This document shows, piece by piece, positions 23,990-36,987 of a stretch of DNA of 64,000 nt. This DNA comes from Eledone cirrhosa (lineage: Eukaryota), in assembly GCA_964016885.1 (NCBI GenBank), contig OZ024742.1, positions 254,262,001 through 254,326,000 on the forward strand, written 5' to 3'. The translations under genes and the position numbers were made by a program. The notes beneath the pieces are model-generated. The model did no database searches. It saw nothing but the letters and a program-made list of their open reading frames with translations, and was not told the DNA's origin. Every line of letters begins with the position of its first letter. Position 1 is the stretch's first letter.

Positions 23990-26060
23990 AGTATTTCAGA
24001 AATTGTTTGTTTTCTGAAAATTGTATGGTTGTTTGTTGTTTGCAAAGAGCTGGAAATTCCTGTTGGGGATTCTACAGCAGTAGACAAATATCTAAGTGTC
24101 TTAAAACATCCAAATTTGTACAAAAGGTGCAGAAAATTATCAATAAGAAGACCAGAAAGTCAATTAGCAGCATTGTTAAGGAGCATACTATTGGAATAAT
24201 TGTGCATGCTTATATTCGACACAAGTCATATGTGATATGGAGAGAACAATTCATGTCTGTAAAGACAAAAAGGATAACCATCTGACTCTTGTAAAGAGCT
24301 TGTAAAACATCAAGAGCCTTGAATGACAGATGGTTAAACAGACAACCTAAAAACATTCCAATAGTCATGCACACAAATTTTCCAGCAACTGCGATGGTTC
24401 TGGGAATCATGAGCAACAAGAAAGATGTCATATCACCTCGCTTCATTCATCAGGGCTTAAGGATTGATTCCTCTGATTATAAGGAGGTGTTGGAGAATGT
24501 TTTGAGGGCTAGCCCAGAGAGCATAAGCAAAAGGAGACTGCACTAACTGGCAAGAATCTGTGCCATCTCAGAAGGCCAAGGAAGTCCAAGAATGAATGAG
24601 TTACAATCTCCACGACCATGTCAACCCCAAACATATGTCCTCCTAGCTCTCCAGACCTGAATCTATTGGACTACATATGGGGCAGAGTTGAGAGGGAAGT
24701 CGTAACACTATAACATTTATGAAGTCCCCTATGGCACAATGGCCAAAATAGATAAAAGTCTTTGGATTTGGGTATGTCAACGTTTCAGACATTATATTAT
24801 ACTAGCTGACGTACTCAGCTTCGCCTGGGTAAACAGATGATAAGAGAAGACAGGTAAAAGAGAAAATGACTGTATTGGATGTTTGTCTGGTTACAGTATG
24901 AGGCGAGTCCGTGGTGTCTGTGTGATACAAAAAACAGTAAAAAAATCTTCCAGATATACCAGATTCTTCATTGTACCATTTGTACATAGTATATGAACAA
25001 TTCTAGGTGCTCCCACCTAGAATAGTGACCTCTAGGAGATGGTTTATCTTCTGCCTGACTGTAAAACGTGTATCATTGCATAGACGTGGTTGTTCCACAT
25101 TTCTCAAAAGGATGATGGAAGTTCCAATCTTTTATATTATATGTAGATATAGATAATTAATATAAAAGATGATGCTCAGCCAGTTCATCATCAACCCTCG
25201 CAGCACGCCGTTGCTGCTTGGCTCCAGTGTTTCATTGGCGTTGTTCCACCAGCTCCTCTTCATTCATGGCGGCACATCTTCGCCTCTGAAGTTCGGCGTT
25301 CTGATGGCGCTGTTCGGCCCGTTTTTCTTCATTCCTGGCTGCACACCGTCGCCGCTGTATTTCACTGTTTGATAAAGTCGAATTGCTTTTATTATCAGTA
25401 TTCATTTTGAGCAATTGTAAAAAAATGACACAATTATAAATAAAAAAGATGTCCGTCAATGTAAAAAAAGGTCCCTATTTACTCCCTTCACAGCTCTGTG
25501 TATGTCAGACTGACACACAGGCACACAGACAGATAAACTGCGTGGCGATTGTGGAACGCCACACGTACACACATACACGCATGGAAACGCGCACACACAC
25601 ACAAACTTACACACGCACCCGTGCACTTATACACACGCACGCACTCACATGTGTTGATAGATTTTACTTTCTGTGGAACGCTGCACGCACACACACATAA
25701 ACATATGCGCATGTACATACACACGCACACATGTTAATAGTTATTGCTTTCCTTCCTCTCTTATTTCCACACACATCACACACGCACATGTCTCTACACT
25801 GACACATATACATAGTGTATTCAACACAGCGTTCACTTTGCCTCTCTGTTTCTTACTCTCCCTTCTCACTCCCTCATTGGCATTATGCATATTAATTTAA
25901 GTTTGGCGTCGTTGAGGTGGGCGGAGTCATTTGAAACCTATGAACCAATGATAAGCGAGAATTATGACACACGGAATACTGACATTGTTGAAATTAATAT
26001 ATAGATTGAAGCAGTCATTGATGTTAATTCATACAAATGTCCTCAAAGGGTTGAACACCC
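23990..26060 (+). mobile_element. Tc1/mariner (maT/DD37D-like) fossil interrupted by a Helitron
   Basis: NDRWL..IVMHTNFPATAMVLGIMS..FIHQGLRIDSSDYKEVLE, then SPDLNLLDY..WGRVERE. After the insertion it resumes IEAVID and ends ccctgTA. Confidence 0.75.
24802..26005 (-). mobile_element. Helitron (chimeric, non-autonomous)
   Basis: Minus strand: host A|TCtatatatt 5' end at 26005; 3' hairpin acccaggcgaagctgagt then CTAG|T at 24802; no TSD. Contains E/R/Q-rich repeats (QRRRCAARNEEKRAEQR) like a RepHel N-terminus. Confidence 0.8.
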
Positions 26061-26099
26061 CTGTATTATGTTGGACATAAATGGCACAGTCACTTATAT

Positions 26100-27212
26100 C
26101 ATTAATGAAAAGAAACTTCTTGATGTATATATTACATAAAAGATGGGATCACAGGCAGGCTATCAAAGAACATAGGTTTTATATGTGGCCAATGCTCAGG
26201 TGCAGTAAGTAGCAACTGCCCACAGGATACTTGCTTCTTCAAATGCCAAGATGGTACTAAAGAAATAGTCAACTCTTTCCATTACCTGGGTGATGAAATC
26301 AGCAGTGGAGGAGGGTGTTCCAAAAGTACAGTAGCCAGAGTAAGAACGGGATGGAGAAAGTTCAGAGAACTACTACTGCTACTAGCTACAAAAGGTTTTT
26401 CTCTTAAAATGAAGGGCAGTATGATGCATGTATACGAACAGCAATGTTACATGGTAGTGAGACCTGGGTATCGTGTGTAGAGGACCTTCAAAAACTGGAA
26501 ATAATGAAGTATGCAAGCTCCGATGTTTGTGTAATAATAATATACATGAACAGCAAAGCATAAATGAACTGAGAGAAATTAGTTATAAGGGATCAGATGC
26601 AGTATGCTAGAGAGGAGATTGCATTGGTATGGTCATGTGATGCATATGAAGGACGACAGCTGTATAAAAAGGTTCAGAGCAATCAAAATTGATGGAAGCT
26701 ATGGAGTAGAAAGACTCAGGAAGACCTGGGACAAGGTAATAAAAGCTGACCTTCCTTGCACAACTGAACCTCTGAAAAACAATGACACAAGATTGAGATC
26801 TTTGGCGTTATGCAGTAATACAGAAGACACGTCTTCCCATGTGTACAGACTCAAACATACATCTAGTTGGCTCCTCTTAACCACTGTACCACCACCCACA
26901 CACTTCTCTGCATACCACCCTTACACTGTAATCAAAATATATCCAGCCCATACTGTAAAGTGGTTGTGTAGGTGTTACGACAAAAAGCACCCAGCCCACA
27001 CTGTAAAGTGGTCATGTAGGAGTCATGACAAAAAGCACCCAGCATACACTGTAAATGTCGTTGATGTTAGGAAAGGCATCCAGCCATAGAAACCTTGCCA
27101 CAAACAGTTCTGTATGAGTAAGACACGGTCACCTGAACCATTTGCTTCAAATAAGACAACCCATCTATCCCATGCTAGCATGGAAAATGGATGTTAAATG
27201 ATGATGATTATG
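26100..27212 (+). mobile_element. 5'-truncated older RTE copy
   Basis: YLGDEISSG..RVRTGWRKFREL, MLHGSETW, RRLHWYGHV, then 3'UTR and (TGA)n. Confidence 0.85.
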
Positions 27213-27813
27213 ATATATATGTATATATATATGTATGTGTGTGTGTATGCATCTATGTATGGTAATAATTTATGAAAGCCAGTTCCCACAAAACGCTTCA
27301 GGTTCCATTCTTATATAAGAAGCCATTATTATAGAATGCAATTATTTTAACTATTGAGAAAGAATATTGGTTAGTTCCAAACACACTTATATAAGGACTT
27401 CTTCTGGATTGAAAGAGTAAAAAAAATTAAGGTAAGAAAATACACATATAAAATCCCCAAATTATATATACGTATACTGATTTGAAAGCATACCACATTA
27501 GCAATGAAAGATGCTGCTTATGATTTTCAAATTATTTTGAAAATAATCAAGAATTTAAGGAGATTTAGTAAAATAACTAACTTTCTCTTTGTAATGCTGG
27601 CATATGGAACATAATTTAACAAAAGTTCTTAAGTAAAATTAAAGAAGGCTTACAGATATAAACACTTTAAAACTTCTATCACAGAACCAGAGGCAGTTAT
27701 AGGTGGTTTGATATCAGAAGAGTTAACAATATCTGCCTATTCTTGGGAGCAAAGTAAATTGATACAGTCAGCATAATAAATACATCTTTGTCAATCACTG
27801 ATTGTATTTCATT

Positions 27814-28302
27814 ATCGGTAGAGGGTCGGATGCCATGCTTTCCAGCATAGTTACGTCCCTTTACGATCTGTGTTCAAATCCCGCCGAGGTTGACTTTGCC
27901 TTTCATCCTTACGGGGTCGATAAAATAAAGTACCAGTAATGCACTGGTTAATTGCTGGCCTTGTGCCTAAAGTAGAAACAATTATTTCATTAAAGGGTGG
28001 TGAATTGGCAATATCGGTAGAAGGTCGGACGCCATGCTTTGATGCATAGAGTTACGGCCCTTGCAATTCTGAGTTCAAATCCCGCCGAGGTTAACTTTGC
28101 CTTTCATCCTTACAGGGGTCGATAAAATAAAGTACCAGTAATGCACTGGGTAATTGTGGCCTTGTGTCAATAGTAGAAACAATTATTGATTTAGAATCCC
28201 ACCGAGGTTTACTTTGCCTTTCATCCTTACGGAGGTCGATAAAATAAAGTACCAGTAATGCACTGGGTAATTGCTGGCCTTGTGCCAAAAGTAGAAACAA
28301 TT
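27814..28302 (+). mobile_element. Three head-to-tail Meta-like SINE copies
   Basis: Copies at ~27814-27980, ~27995-28181 and ~28196-28299; repeated flanks tatttcatta and aattattgatttagaat. Confidence 0.9.
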
Positions 28303-30584
28303 ATTGATTTAGAATATCAATGAATATGTGATAGTGGTACTGATGCTGATATGGTGATGTAAAGGCAAGGTTTATAGCAAAACCTTAAAGGCAATCACAA
28401 CCAAGCCAAATGGTCAATAAATAAATAAATAAAGGTAAAAGAATTCCCAACAACAATAATAATAGATGAATTGAGAAAAATCATGAACGATCAGTAGCCA
28501 TTTTGATTTATTTCTTTTACTCCGTCATAGTTACTGTTTTTCTCACAAAAATCCGCCAGTTTGACTCAATATCAAACCTAGTCATCTTTTCTTTTCTTTG
28601 TTGATTTTCTCAATGCTAAAGGGATACAATTAGGAACACAATAGGAAGACTATTCACTGACACATCCACAGCACACTAACTGAAACAATAAAGAACAATG
28701 ATGGCCCTTATCACCTTTTTACCATTTGAAATTCTGCAAATGGTTGTACAAAAAAGCTCTTTGATGTGTAAAGCTAGCTATTCAAGATTGTTATCGTTGA
28801 TTTATTACTGCTCGAGTCTTAATCTTCCTGACATAAAAACTTTGTTCTTAAAAGAAAGCCTTTTGTCTTTGTCTCTAATTTTCAAATGAAAAAGAACTAT
28901 AGTCTATTTACTACTTCTTTGTTTTTTCTTCATTATAATAAATACAGATATAAAATGGTTGATTAATGCAATGATGATGATGAGATAAAGATGTGGTTCT
29001 GATATGGAAGATGTGGAAAATGTTAAGTGGTGATGAGGATGAACATGACCGTAATTATGGAAAAATGATGCTAATAATAATGTTTGTATATATATTTTTT
29101 TAAATCATATTTTCAAGACAGCAGATTTTTGTTGAACATTTGTAATGAATTGAATTACGTGTTTGATACCAACACAGTTAAAACCACCTGTATAAAACAA
29201 AACAACCCATTTTAAAGGATTCCTATATAAGTTTTAACATCCTGTAATGATTTAGCAGAAAATATCTAAAAATGGGCTTGTTAATTCAAATGCTTGTAGT
29301 ATCTACTATACAGATGGCTGTGGAAATTTGCAGGTTTAGACATTAATAATTAATGTGTTGCAATCCCAGTGCTGTTTTATACTTTTCACAAATCTTTTGC
29401 TAATGTGGTACAAGGCATTAAGCATTAAATTCAAATCTTTCAACATAATTTTATATAAGAACTACAAGTTAAGTAATTCTATATAGTAGCTTTATGTTAA
29501 TAATGAAATAATTAATGACTTTAGTAACTCTCTCAAAATTCTTCATTAATTAATTGAAACAGAGTGAATTTCATTAGAAATATGGTCATGAAAAGGTTAA
29601 ATAGTATTTGTACTGAAACAAAATTAACATCAGCTGAAAAATTGTACACATGGTTTGCATGTATAAAACAAGATAGGTAAATTTATTAGTGCACCGTTCC
29701 TATGATCAAATTTTTAACAATAGTTATGTCTGGTAACTTTGGTTGATTCATTGGTAAAAAAATTCTCATAGCAGCTGCTTTGATATACTTCCTCAGGTAT
29801 TTCGGAAACATCAAATGATTTTTATCTGCAATAATTATAGACCTACTTTGCATAATTGCTAAGTTATCATATTAGCGTACAGTTCGGTGTAAAAAGAACT
29901 TCACTAAATTGCCTGTAAAAAGTCTCTTTGATATTATATTCATCAAAACATTTTATAATTTCGTTAGAAACGACAGCTTATCTCTGAGAATAAATGATCT
30001 CGTTTAGATTCGGCAAATATAAGAAAACACTTGAAAATAGTCGAAAGAGAATCTTTAGATACTATATTCATCGAGAAGAATTTAAATGAAATAAAAATAA
30101 AATAAATGCAAGAATTAATCATATGAATATCTGACTACTTAATTGAATTTTTGGAAATATATATGCATAGAATTTGCTGTAAATACCATTTATATAAAGT
30201 ATTCAGAGATAATATAAACACACTATACCTCCGAGAAAACAACAACAAAAAAATAACATTTCCAAATTGCAAAATATCTTTTTTTTTTCTTTTTCTACAG
30301 TCAGGAACTTTGTAATTCACTTTTAACTGATATTGAGTTTAACTGAATGATTTTATTGTTGTTGCCATATTCCACCTCTACCATTATTGTAAAAGCAGTT
30401 GCTGTTGGAAGCATGATGGGTCAAAGCATATTCCTCCTATATTCTTATCGACATGATAACTCATGTGACAGAAGACGTTACTACACAGTAAATATACTGA
30501 ACATTACAACACTTGCTATACATTATTCATCTTTTAAAGATAAGCAAATTTGATTCAATAATAAATGATGTAGTCATTAAATAA

Positions 30585-31060
30585 TCATTTTATGCTTGCT
30601 TTCCATACTGGCATGGGTTAAATGAGTTGTCACACTTTAAGGCTAGTCAGATCATACTCATATATTCAGATCTGATGCTCATATATTCCATTTTTATAGC
30701 TGGTTGTGCTTATTTATGCCAACCACTTTACAGTACTATATGTATTTTATCACAACACTAGTATTTACAGATTATACTGGATGCATTTTATAGTGGCATC
30801 AGTATTACAACTTTACAGAGTGTGTTCAATGCATTTTATTGTAGTACCAGCACTACAACTTTACAGAGTGTGCTGGGTGAATTTTATTGTGGCACCAGCT
30901 CTACCACTATAAAAAGTCAGTTAGAGACATTTTATCATGGAACCAGCAGTGTTATTTTATAGAAAATACTGAGGGCATTTTATTGTGACAACATTGCTAC
31001 CACATTAGAGTGTACCAGGTGCTATTTCTTATCGCACCATCACTAGAGATGTTGTCATAC
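30585..31060 (-). repeat. RTE tail with its ~40-bp subrepeat expanded to ~8 copies
   Basis: accactttacagagtgtgctgggtg..ttttattgtggcaccagc is repeated; a similar expansion lies at 37570-37760 on plus. Confidence 0.75.
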
Positions 31061-31149
31061 ATTCAACCATACTGAAGAGTCCCCTTTACCCTACATTGTT
31101 CCTCTCAACCACATTACAGAAAATATATGTATATATATATATATATGTA

Positions 31150-31319
31150 TGAGGAAGACCACGAAAAACATGGGCGGAGGTGGTGAGAGCAGACCTCAGA
31201 TCGCTGAAGCTCACGGTGGAGATGACAAAGGAACGTGACAAGTGGAGAGATGCTGTGCTGAATAGGACCTGTTCCACCCTTGCAAGCAGGGAAAAGCAGA
31301 CTTAAAATGATGATGATGA

Positions 31320-31322
<3 letters not shown>
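31150..31322 (+). mobile_element. Very short RTE 3' fragment
   Basis: RGRPRKTWAEVVRADL..RDKWRDAV, then (TGA)n. Confidence 0.8.
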
Positions 31323-31355
<33 letters not shown>

Positions 31356-31399
31356 TCATCATCATCATCATTTTAAGTCTGCTTTTCCCTGCTTGTGGT

Positions 31400-31750
31400 T
31401 GACGTCTGAGAGAAAGCAGTAACAAGACTCACTTTTTAGCCTTATGGGACTTACATATAGAAAGTTTCCCTCTAAGGCACAAGTCTGGGCAAGATTGTTT
31501 GTGAAAGACCAGCAGTCGCTCATGCATACTGGTCTCTTCTCTCCATGCCATGAATGTTGTTCAGGGAAAGGCAATGGCTGATACAGCTTTGCAATAGTGA
31601 CACCGCAACTCCTTTATACAGCTGAGTAAACTGATCACCATAAAATAAAGTGTCCTCTTCAAGGCCACAATGCATCACTCATTCCGGAAATCGAACTCAC
31701 AACCCCATGATTGCAAGCCTAATGCTCTAATGGCTAAGACATGTGATTCA
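31400..31750 (-). mobile_element. CORE-type SINE (same family as 36370-36710)
   Basis: gaaagtttccctctaaggcacaag..accagcagtcgc..cagctgagtaaactg..tcgaactcacaacc. Confidence 0.65.
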
Positions 31751-33458
31751 CATGCACATATATATATACACATACATGACAACCACCGTAGTGTTGGTGA
31801 TCCATGATAAACACACCTAGTACACACTGTAAAGGGGTTGGTGGTAGGAAGAGCATCTAGCCATAAAAAGCTTGCTAAATAAAGGGTTGGGAGAACACTA
31901 CAGTTTTGTCAAAAACATGACAACTTGTCTAGTGCAGTTGATATGATAAAATGCACTTGTTAGAATGGGAGACTGTATGTAAGTGGGAGGCAAACTCCTA
32001 GCCCATCTGGTAGATCAGTAATCCTGCTTCAGTACTGACTGGGTATGTGAAGGTCCTTCCAATCCTTGCCTTAAACTCTATCCTCCATCCTGTATATTAT
32101 ATAATACATTCTATACTAACAACAGAGCCCATTGTCACTGTAAATAAAGATCCCCCCTCTCCTCAACTTAACTGTATTTAAATAGCCCCACAACTCTTCT
32201 ATTTTAGGGAGAGAAAGATTAAAACTATATGCTGTAATGCTCCGGGTGCTAAATAACCTACGTATCAAATTTGAACAAAATGGGTTGGAAACTGTGGAAT
32301 TGCATTGCCTGCATACAGAAAGACAGACATGCATTTTCATTATATATATAGAGATTGTATATTGTATACCTCACTTATCTCATTTGTTCTTTTATTTTCC
32401 ATTTTCACCTCACGATTTGCACTAATCCTCTTTCCATATTTGATTTATCTTTTATGCTTTTTTTTAAAATTTACTTTTTGAATCATTTCCAGTTTAATTT
32501 GTTATTTTATTTTATTTTATTTTAGTCTATTTACAATTTTATTTTATTTTAATTTAATTTAATTTAAATTAAATCTATCCTATTACCATTCACAGCCCAT
32601 ATTAGGTTTTATCTCTTACTTTTAGGTATTGTATCAATTGGACAAAATGGTCCCTGGGATGTGTGACAATACCAACTAATGTGTACATTGATGTTTATAT
32701 ATGTATGCACAAGCTGGGTTTTCTGCATGCGCTTACACATGTGTGCATTTTATCTAGTTGTGGCTTGCATCTTGGGAGTTGTGACATGATATCCATAATC
32801 TCCTCAAATGTTTTTGTTGTTGTTTGCAACAAGCTGTGGGAGACATTCAGACAATCCAAACCTTACTCAAGACATTACCCATTATATCACAAGAGTCTAC
32901 ACATGCAATTCACTCATTGACTGCTTGAAATGCCTCTACTGGTTTGGCCATAGGAATCTATCCCATGAAGTTGCATAGAAACATTAACTTAGATGTGGGA
33001 GTGAGGTATTTTAAACCCTTATACTCAGAAAATACTACCCATGCATCTCACGGGATTTTAGTTACAACATCTGTATCTTTGCTATGGCATTTTATAATCC
33101 CATTAATTTACTTTTTTTTAATCTTATAATTTCACTCAAATTTTCCCTTGCTTACTTTATTGACAGCCACTGAGTGAAGAATTTGGTAGGATAGGGAAGA
33201 TAAACTTGTGGCTGCTGCTATCAGTACCATATGATGATAGAGAGGAGAGAGGAAAGTAAAAGTTTCTCAAACTCCTTTGTCGTCATACTTATGCTTATAT
33301 CTAGTGAACTTAATGAACCATAGCAGGAGCAAAGTGTAAGACTAACAGCCTCACACTTCCACCCATAGTATCAGAAGGTCCGCCAATTAGGAATGAACAT
33401 GCTGCATACTGGCTCTCTTATTGTAAACCATATAAGTTGGTTGACCTTATCTCTAAAA

Positions 33459-33543
33459 GAACTATCTGATGAAGTCCTTCTGATGGCTATATGATGATTA
33501 CATTACCTAAACAACCACCCCACAGAAATATGTATAATAGCTC
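33459..33543 (+). ncRNA. Degenerate minimal hammerhead motif
   Basis: gaactat-CTGATGA...GAAA-TATGTA-TA-atagctc. Stem I pairs 6/7 and stem III is near-palindromic, but stem II is not closed. Confidence 0.4.
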
Positions 33544-33604
33544 ATTGAAATAAATTTATGAAGAACTTCATATGGTCTTCACAATTATTTATTGTATAAA
33601 TATA

Positions 33605-34170
33605 TATCACCATCATCATAATCATCGTTTTTATGTCTGCTTTTCCATGCTTGAATGGGTTAGACGAGTCTTTTTCAGCAGAGCACATCTTCATTCACTG
33701 CATTTCTTTATCATATCATCTGTGAGTCTCAGCGATTTGAGGTCAGCTCTCACCAACTCTGCCCAGGTCTTTCTCGGCCTACTTCTACTGCAGCTTCCAT
33801 CCACTGGCATTTCCTGGCAACTCTTCACCCATCAATCATCATCCATGCACATTACATGTCTGCACCAACAAAGTCTTCACTCTTACACATCACCTCGAAT
33901 TCCTCTTAGACCCAGCTTTTATCTCAGTTCATCTAAGCTCTGCCTTTCTCTCACATTTATGGTGCACATCCAACGAAGCATAGTTGCTTCATTTCTCTCC
34001 TGTCTATGTATTCTGCAGTCATTGCCTATGTTTCTTTACAGTGCAACATCGCACTTTGTACACAGGCATCATACAGTCACCATTTTGTATATAAGGAGAA
34101 AGCTTTTGTTGTCAACAGCAGGAGGGAGTAGCTCTCTAAACTGTTTCCATCCTATCCTTACTCTAGCTGA
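33605..34170 (-). mobile_element. RTE 3' fragment
   Basis: Antisense of the RTE C-terminus (RVRIGWKQFREL...) plus the tail cgtttttatgtctgcttttccatgc. Confidence 0.8.
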
Positions 34171-34232
34171 TTAAGATCATCATCATCATCATCAAAGCAG
34201 ACGTAAATGATGATGATGATGATGATGATGAT

Positions 34233-35000
34233 GACATAGGTTATAAAGGCCATACAAACTGGTCTCTTTTGGTCTCTTTTGGTCCATGGAGCGCTTGCCA
34301 GCATAACTCAGAAATTGTGTTTCGCTTATTTCTACCCGCCGAAATACAATTCTCGCTGAATATATATTTGTATTAATCTCCCGAGTCTAACAATTAACCA
34401 GTTAATTTTTTTTAGATAATTCTATTGACTGATTAATTGCTTAAGTTTATTATAAAATCTACCCGGTCAAGAGCTTAATTCGATTTGTGCTGCTTTTGCA
34501 ATTTTTGCCTTGATTTACACATACTGAATTCATTTGCCAAAATCTAGAGTTTTCTCCCCTGTGGAGTTACACATGTACTTTCACTACTACAAAACACTGT
34601 GTGATCCACAACGCTGGCGCAGAACAAAATACCTGCTGATAAAGTGACAGCCTTGTTCGATCATTATACCAAAAGCTTATTATTTTAAGCAGACAGTATT
34701 ATTGATTTGTACTGGATTATACTGGATTATACCATCATTTCCAAGGGTCAGGGTGAATATTTCATTTATTTTGTTTGACCCGTTTAGCTTGCTCGTTTTT
34801 TTGGCTTACGTGGTTGATAGCTTCTTAACCGCCATCTTAGTTTGTATGGCCTTTATAACCTATGTTTATTGCTCTGGTCTCTTTTGGTCCATGGAGCGCT
34901 TGCCAGCATAACTCGGAAATTGTGTTTCGCTTATTTCTACCCCGCCGAAATACGTTCTCGCTGAATTTATATTTGTATTAATCTCCTGAGTCTAATAATT
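34233..35000. mobile_element. Short element with ~130-bp direct terminal repeats and an inverted 5' piece (Penelope-like architecture)
   Basis: Direct repeats at ~34270-34397 and ~34875-35000; acataggttataaaggccatacaaact (34233-34260) is inverted at ~34839-34866. Confidence 0.7.
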
Positions 35001-35317
35001 ACTTCCATGTTTGTAATTCAAAAAGAAACTAAATGTAGAAAATTCTCTTTATTTAATGTTTTCCTAGATTTTCATAAATTTTAAATTTGTATATTATACA
35101 TTGTGTTCTGCTTTAGATCAGCCAGATGTATTTCCATGAATCTATTTCTATCAAAAGCCTTTAGATTCTGCTGACGGATAATATAAATTTAAAATTTCAT
35201 TATTTTTATCAGTATCGATACAAGCTACAGGTGCATTTCATGAAAGTGCTGAATATTTTCCCATTTTAAACATAGATACACATTCATTGAGTCTTCTGAA
35301 AATGAAAAAATTAAATT

Positions 35318-35810
35318 TACATCTCACAACTATGCATGTTTAGCAGGCCACTTACAAGGTTGCATCCCATAGGTTTCTCAATTGTTTTAATGATAAGGGA
35401 TGCAGTCATATCATATATGTAGTATTATTACATCTCTCACCTACACAGTTGCATCTCATAGGAGGCTTCTCATGTGTTTTAATGATAGGGTCCTCTGTTA
35501 TATCATAAAAATGTGCTGTTATTATTACGCCTCACACCTATGTATGTTTAGCTGACCTCCTACAAGGTTTCATCTCATAGGAGCTTTTTCTGGTGTTTTA
35601 ATTATATCTCCAATCATATCATATATGTGTCGTTATTGCAACTCTCATCCATGTAAGTTTAGCTGGCCTCCTATACGTTTGCATATCTTAGGAGGTTTCT
35701 CAAGTATTTTAATAACAAGGGCTCCAGTCATATATATTATATATGTTATTATTACAGCTCATGCCTATGTAAGGTTAGCTGGCCCCATTCAATGCTGCAT
35801 CTCATAGGAT
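35318..35810. repeat. Degenerate ~100-120-bp tandem repeat, ~4.5 copies
   Basis: tacatctcac..tatg..tgtttagctggcc..tacaaggttgcatctcatagg..tgttttaatgataaggg recurs. Confidence 0.8.
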
Positions 35811-36369
35811 ATTCAGAAATTGAACCCATGATTGCATGATCGTGTGTTTGTCACCAAAACCACATTGATTTTCCTGGTGTTGTGTTGTTGTTGTTATGAT
35901 TGGTGGAATCTATTTCAATATTAATATGTTTATGTTAGATGATAGTATCTATAAACCATAGAAATATCTAAAGTAAAAGAAAATTGTTGATTGTCAGATG
36001 AAATCAAGGAACCTATATTTCAATTGGTCTTTCCATTCTTGGCGCCATCTGTCAGTCACAACTCTTGACTGAAGGAGGTGGAATTTGAACACAGAATTCA
36101 CAGTGTTGGATAAGATGCCACAGCACATCGAATCTGACTTAAATAATTCTGACAATTCGCCAGCCCTATAAAACCACAAATGTATAAAAGTCAAAGTTAA
36201 CCATGGTAGGACCTGAACTTACAGTAACACAAAGTAAATGCTGAGTTAGTTAATTTGACACTATTGACTGTGCCAAGACCACAGAAATAGGTTATGTTGT
36301 GTTCTGTTGTATTTCCACACAGTTTTGTATTCTCTTGCTCATCAAGGCATATGTATGCCAATGGTAGTA

Positions 36370-36710
36370 AAGGCACATGGCTTAGTGGTTAGAGAGAGGG
36401 ATTCACAATTATGAAGTTATGAGTTTGATTCACTGACTGGGCAATGTGTTGTGTCCTTGAGCAAGAAACTTTATTTCTTTTGCTCTAGTTCACTCAGCTT
36501 TAGAAATGAGTTTTGTCATCACTGGTACAAAGCTGTATCGGCCTTTATTTCCCCTTAGATAACATCCATGGAATAGATAGTGGGAAACTGGAATTCATAG
36601 GTGACTGCTGGTCTTCCTCAAAAACACCTTGCTCAGGATTTAGCATCAGAGGGGAACTTTCTAGAGGCAAAACCCATGATAATTTATGACTGAAATGGGT
36701 CTTTACCCTT
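36370..36710 (+). mobile_element. CORE-type tRNA SINE
   Basis: ggcacatggcttagtggttagag..gagtttgattc..gtgtccttgagcaagaaacttt. Confidence 0.7.
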
Positions 36711-36809
36711 TTATGTATTACTCTATTATGCTATCATGTGTTCCAGCTGATAGGCTGAGGCTATGCTGGGGCATCACTATTGATGAATTTTCATTATATT
36801 GATATCATT

Positions 36810-36987
36810 GGATTGGCAGTATCGGTAGAGGGTCGGACGCCATGCTTTCCAGCATAGTTATGTCCCTTTACGATCTGAGTTCAAATCCCGCCGAGGTTGA
36901 CTTTGCCTTTCATCCTTACGAGGTCGATAAAATAAAGTACCAGTAATGCACTGGGTAATTGCTGGCCTTGTGCCTAAAGTAGAAACA
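36810..36987 (+). mobile_element. Young Meta-like SINE with 17-bp TSD
   Basis: TSD attatattgatatcatt at 36793-36809 and 36988-37004. Confidence 0.92.

Noticed and set aside
28440-28890. Possible minus-strand exon or decayed coding segment
   Set aside because: Stops in the frames examined and no recognisable homology.
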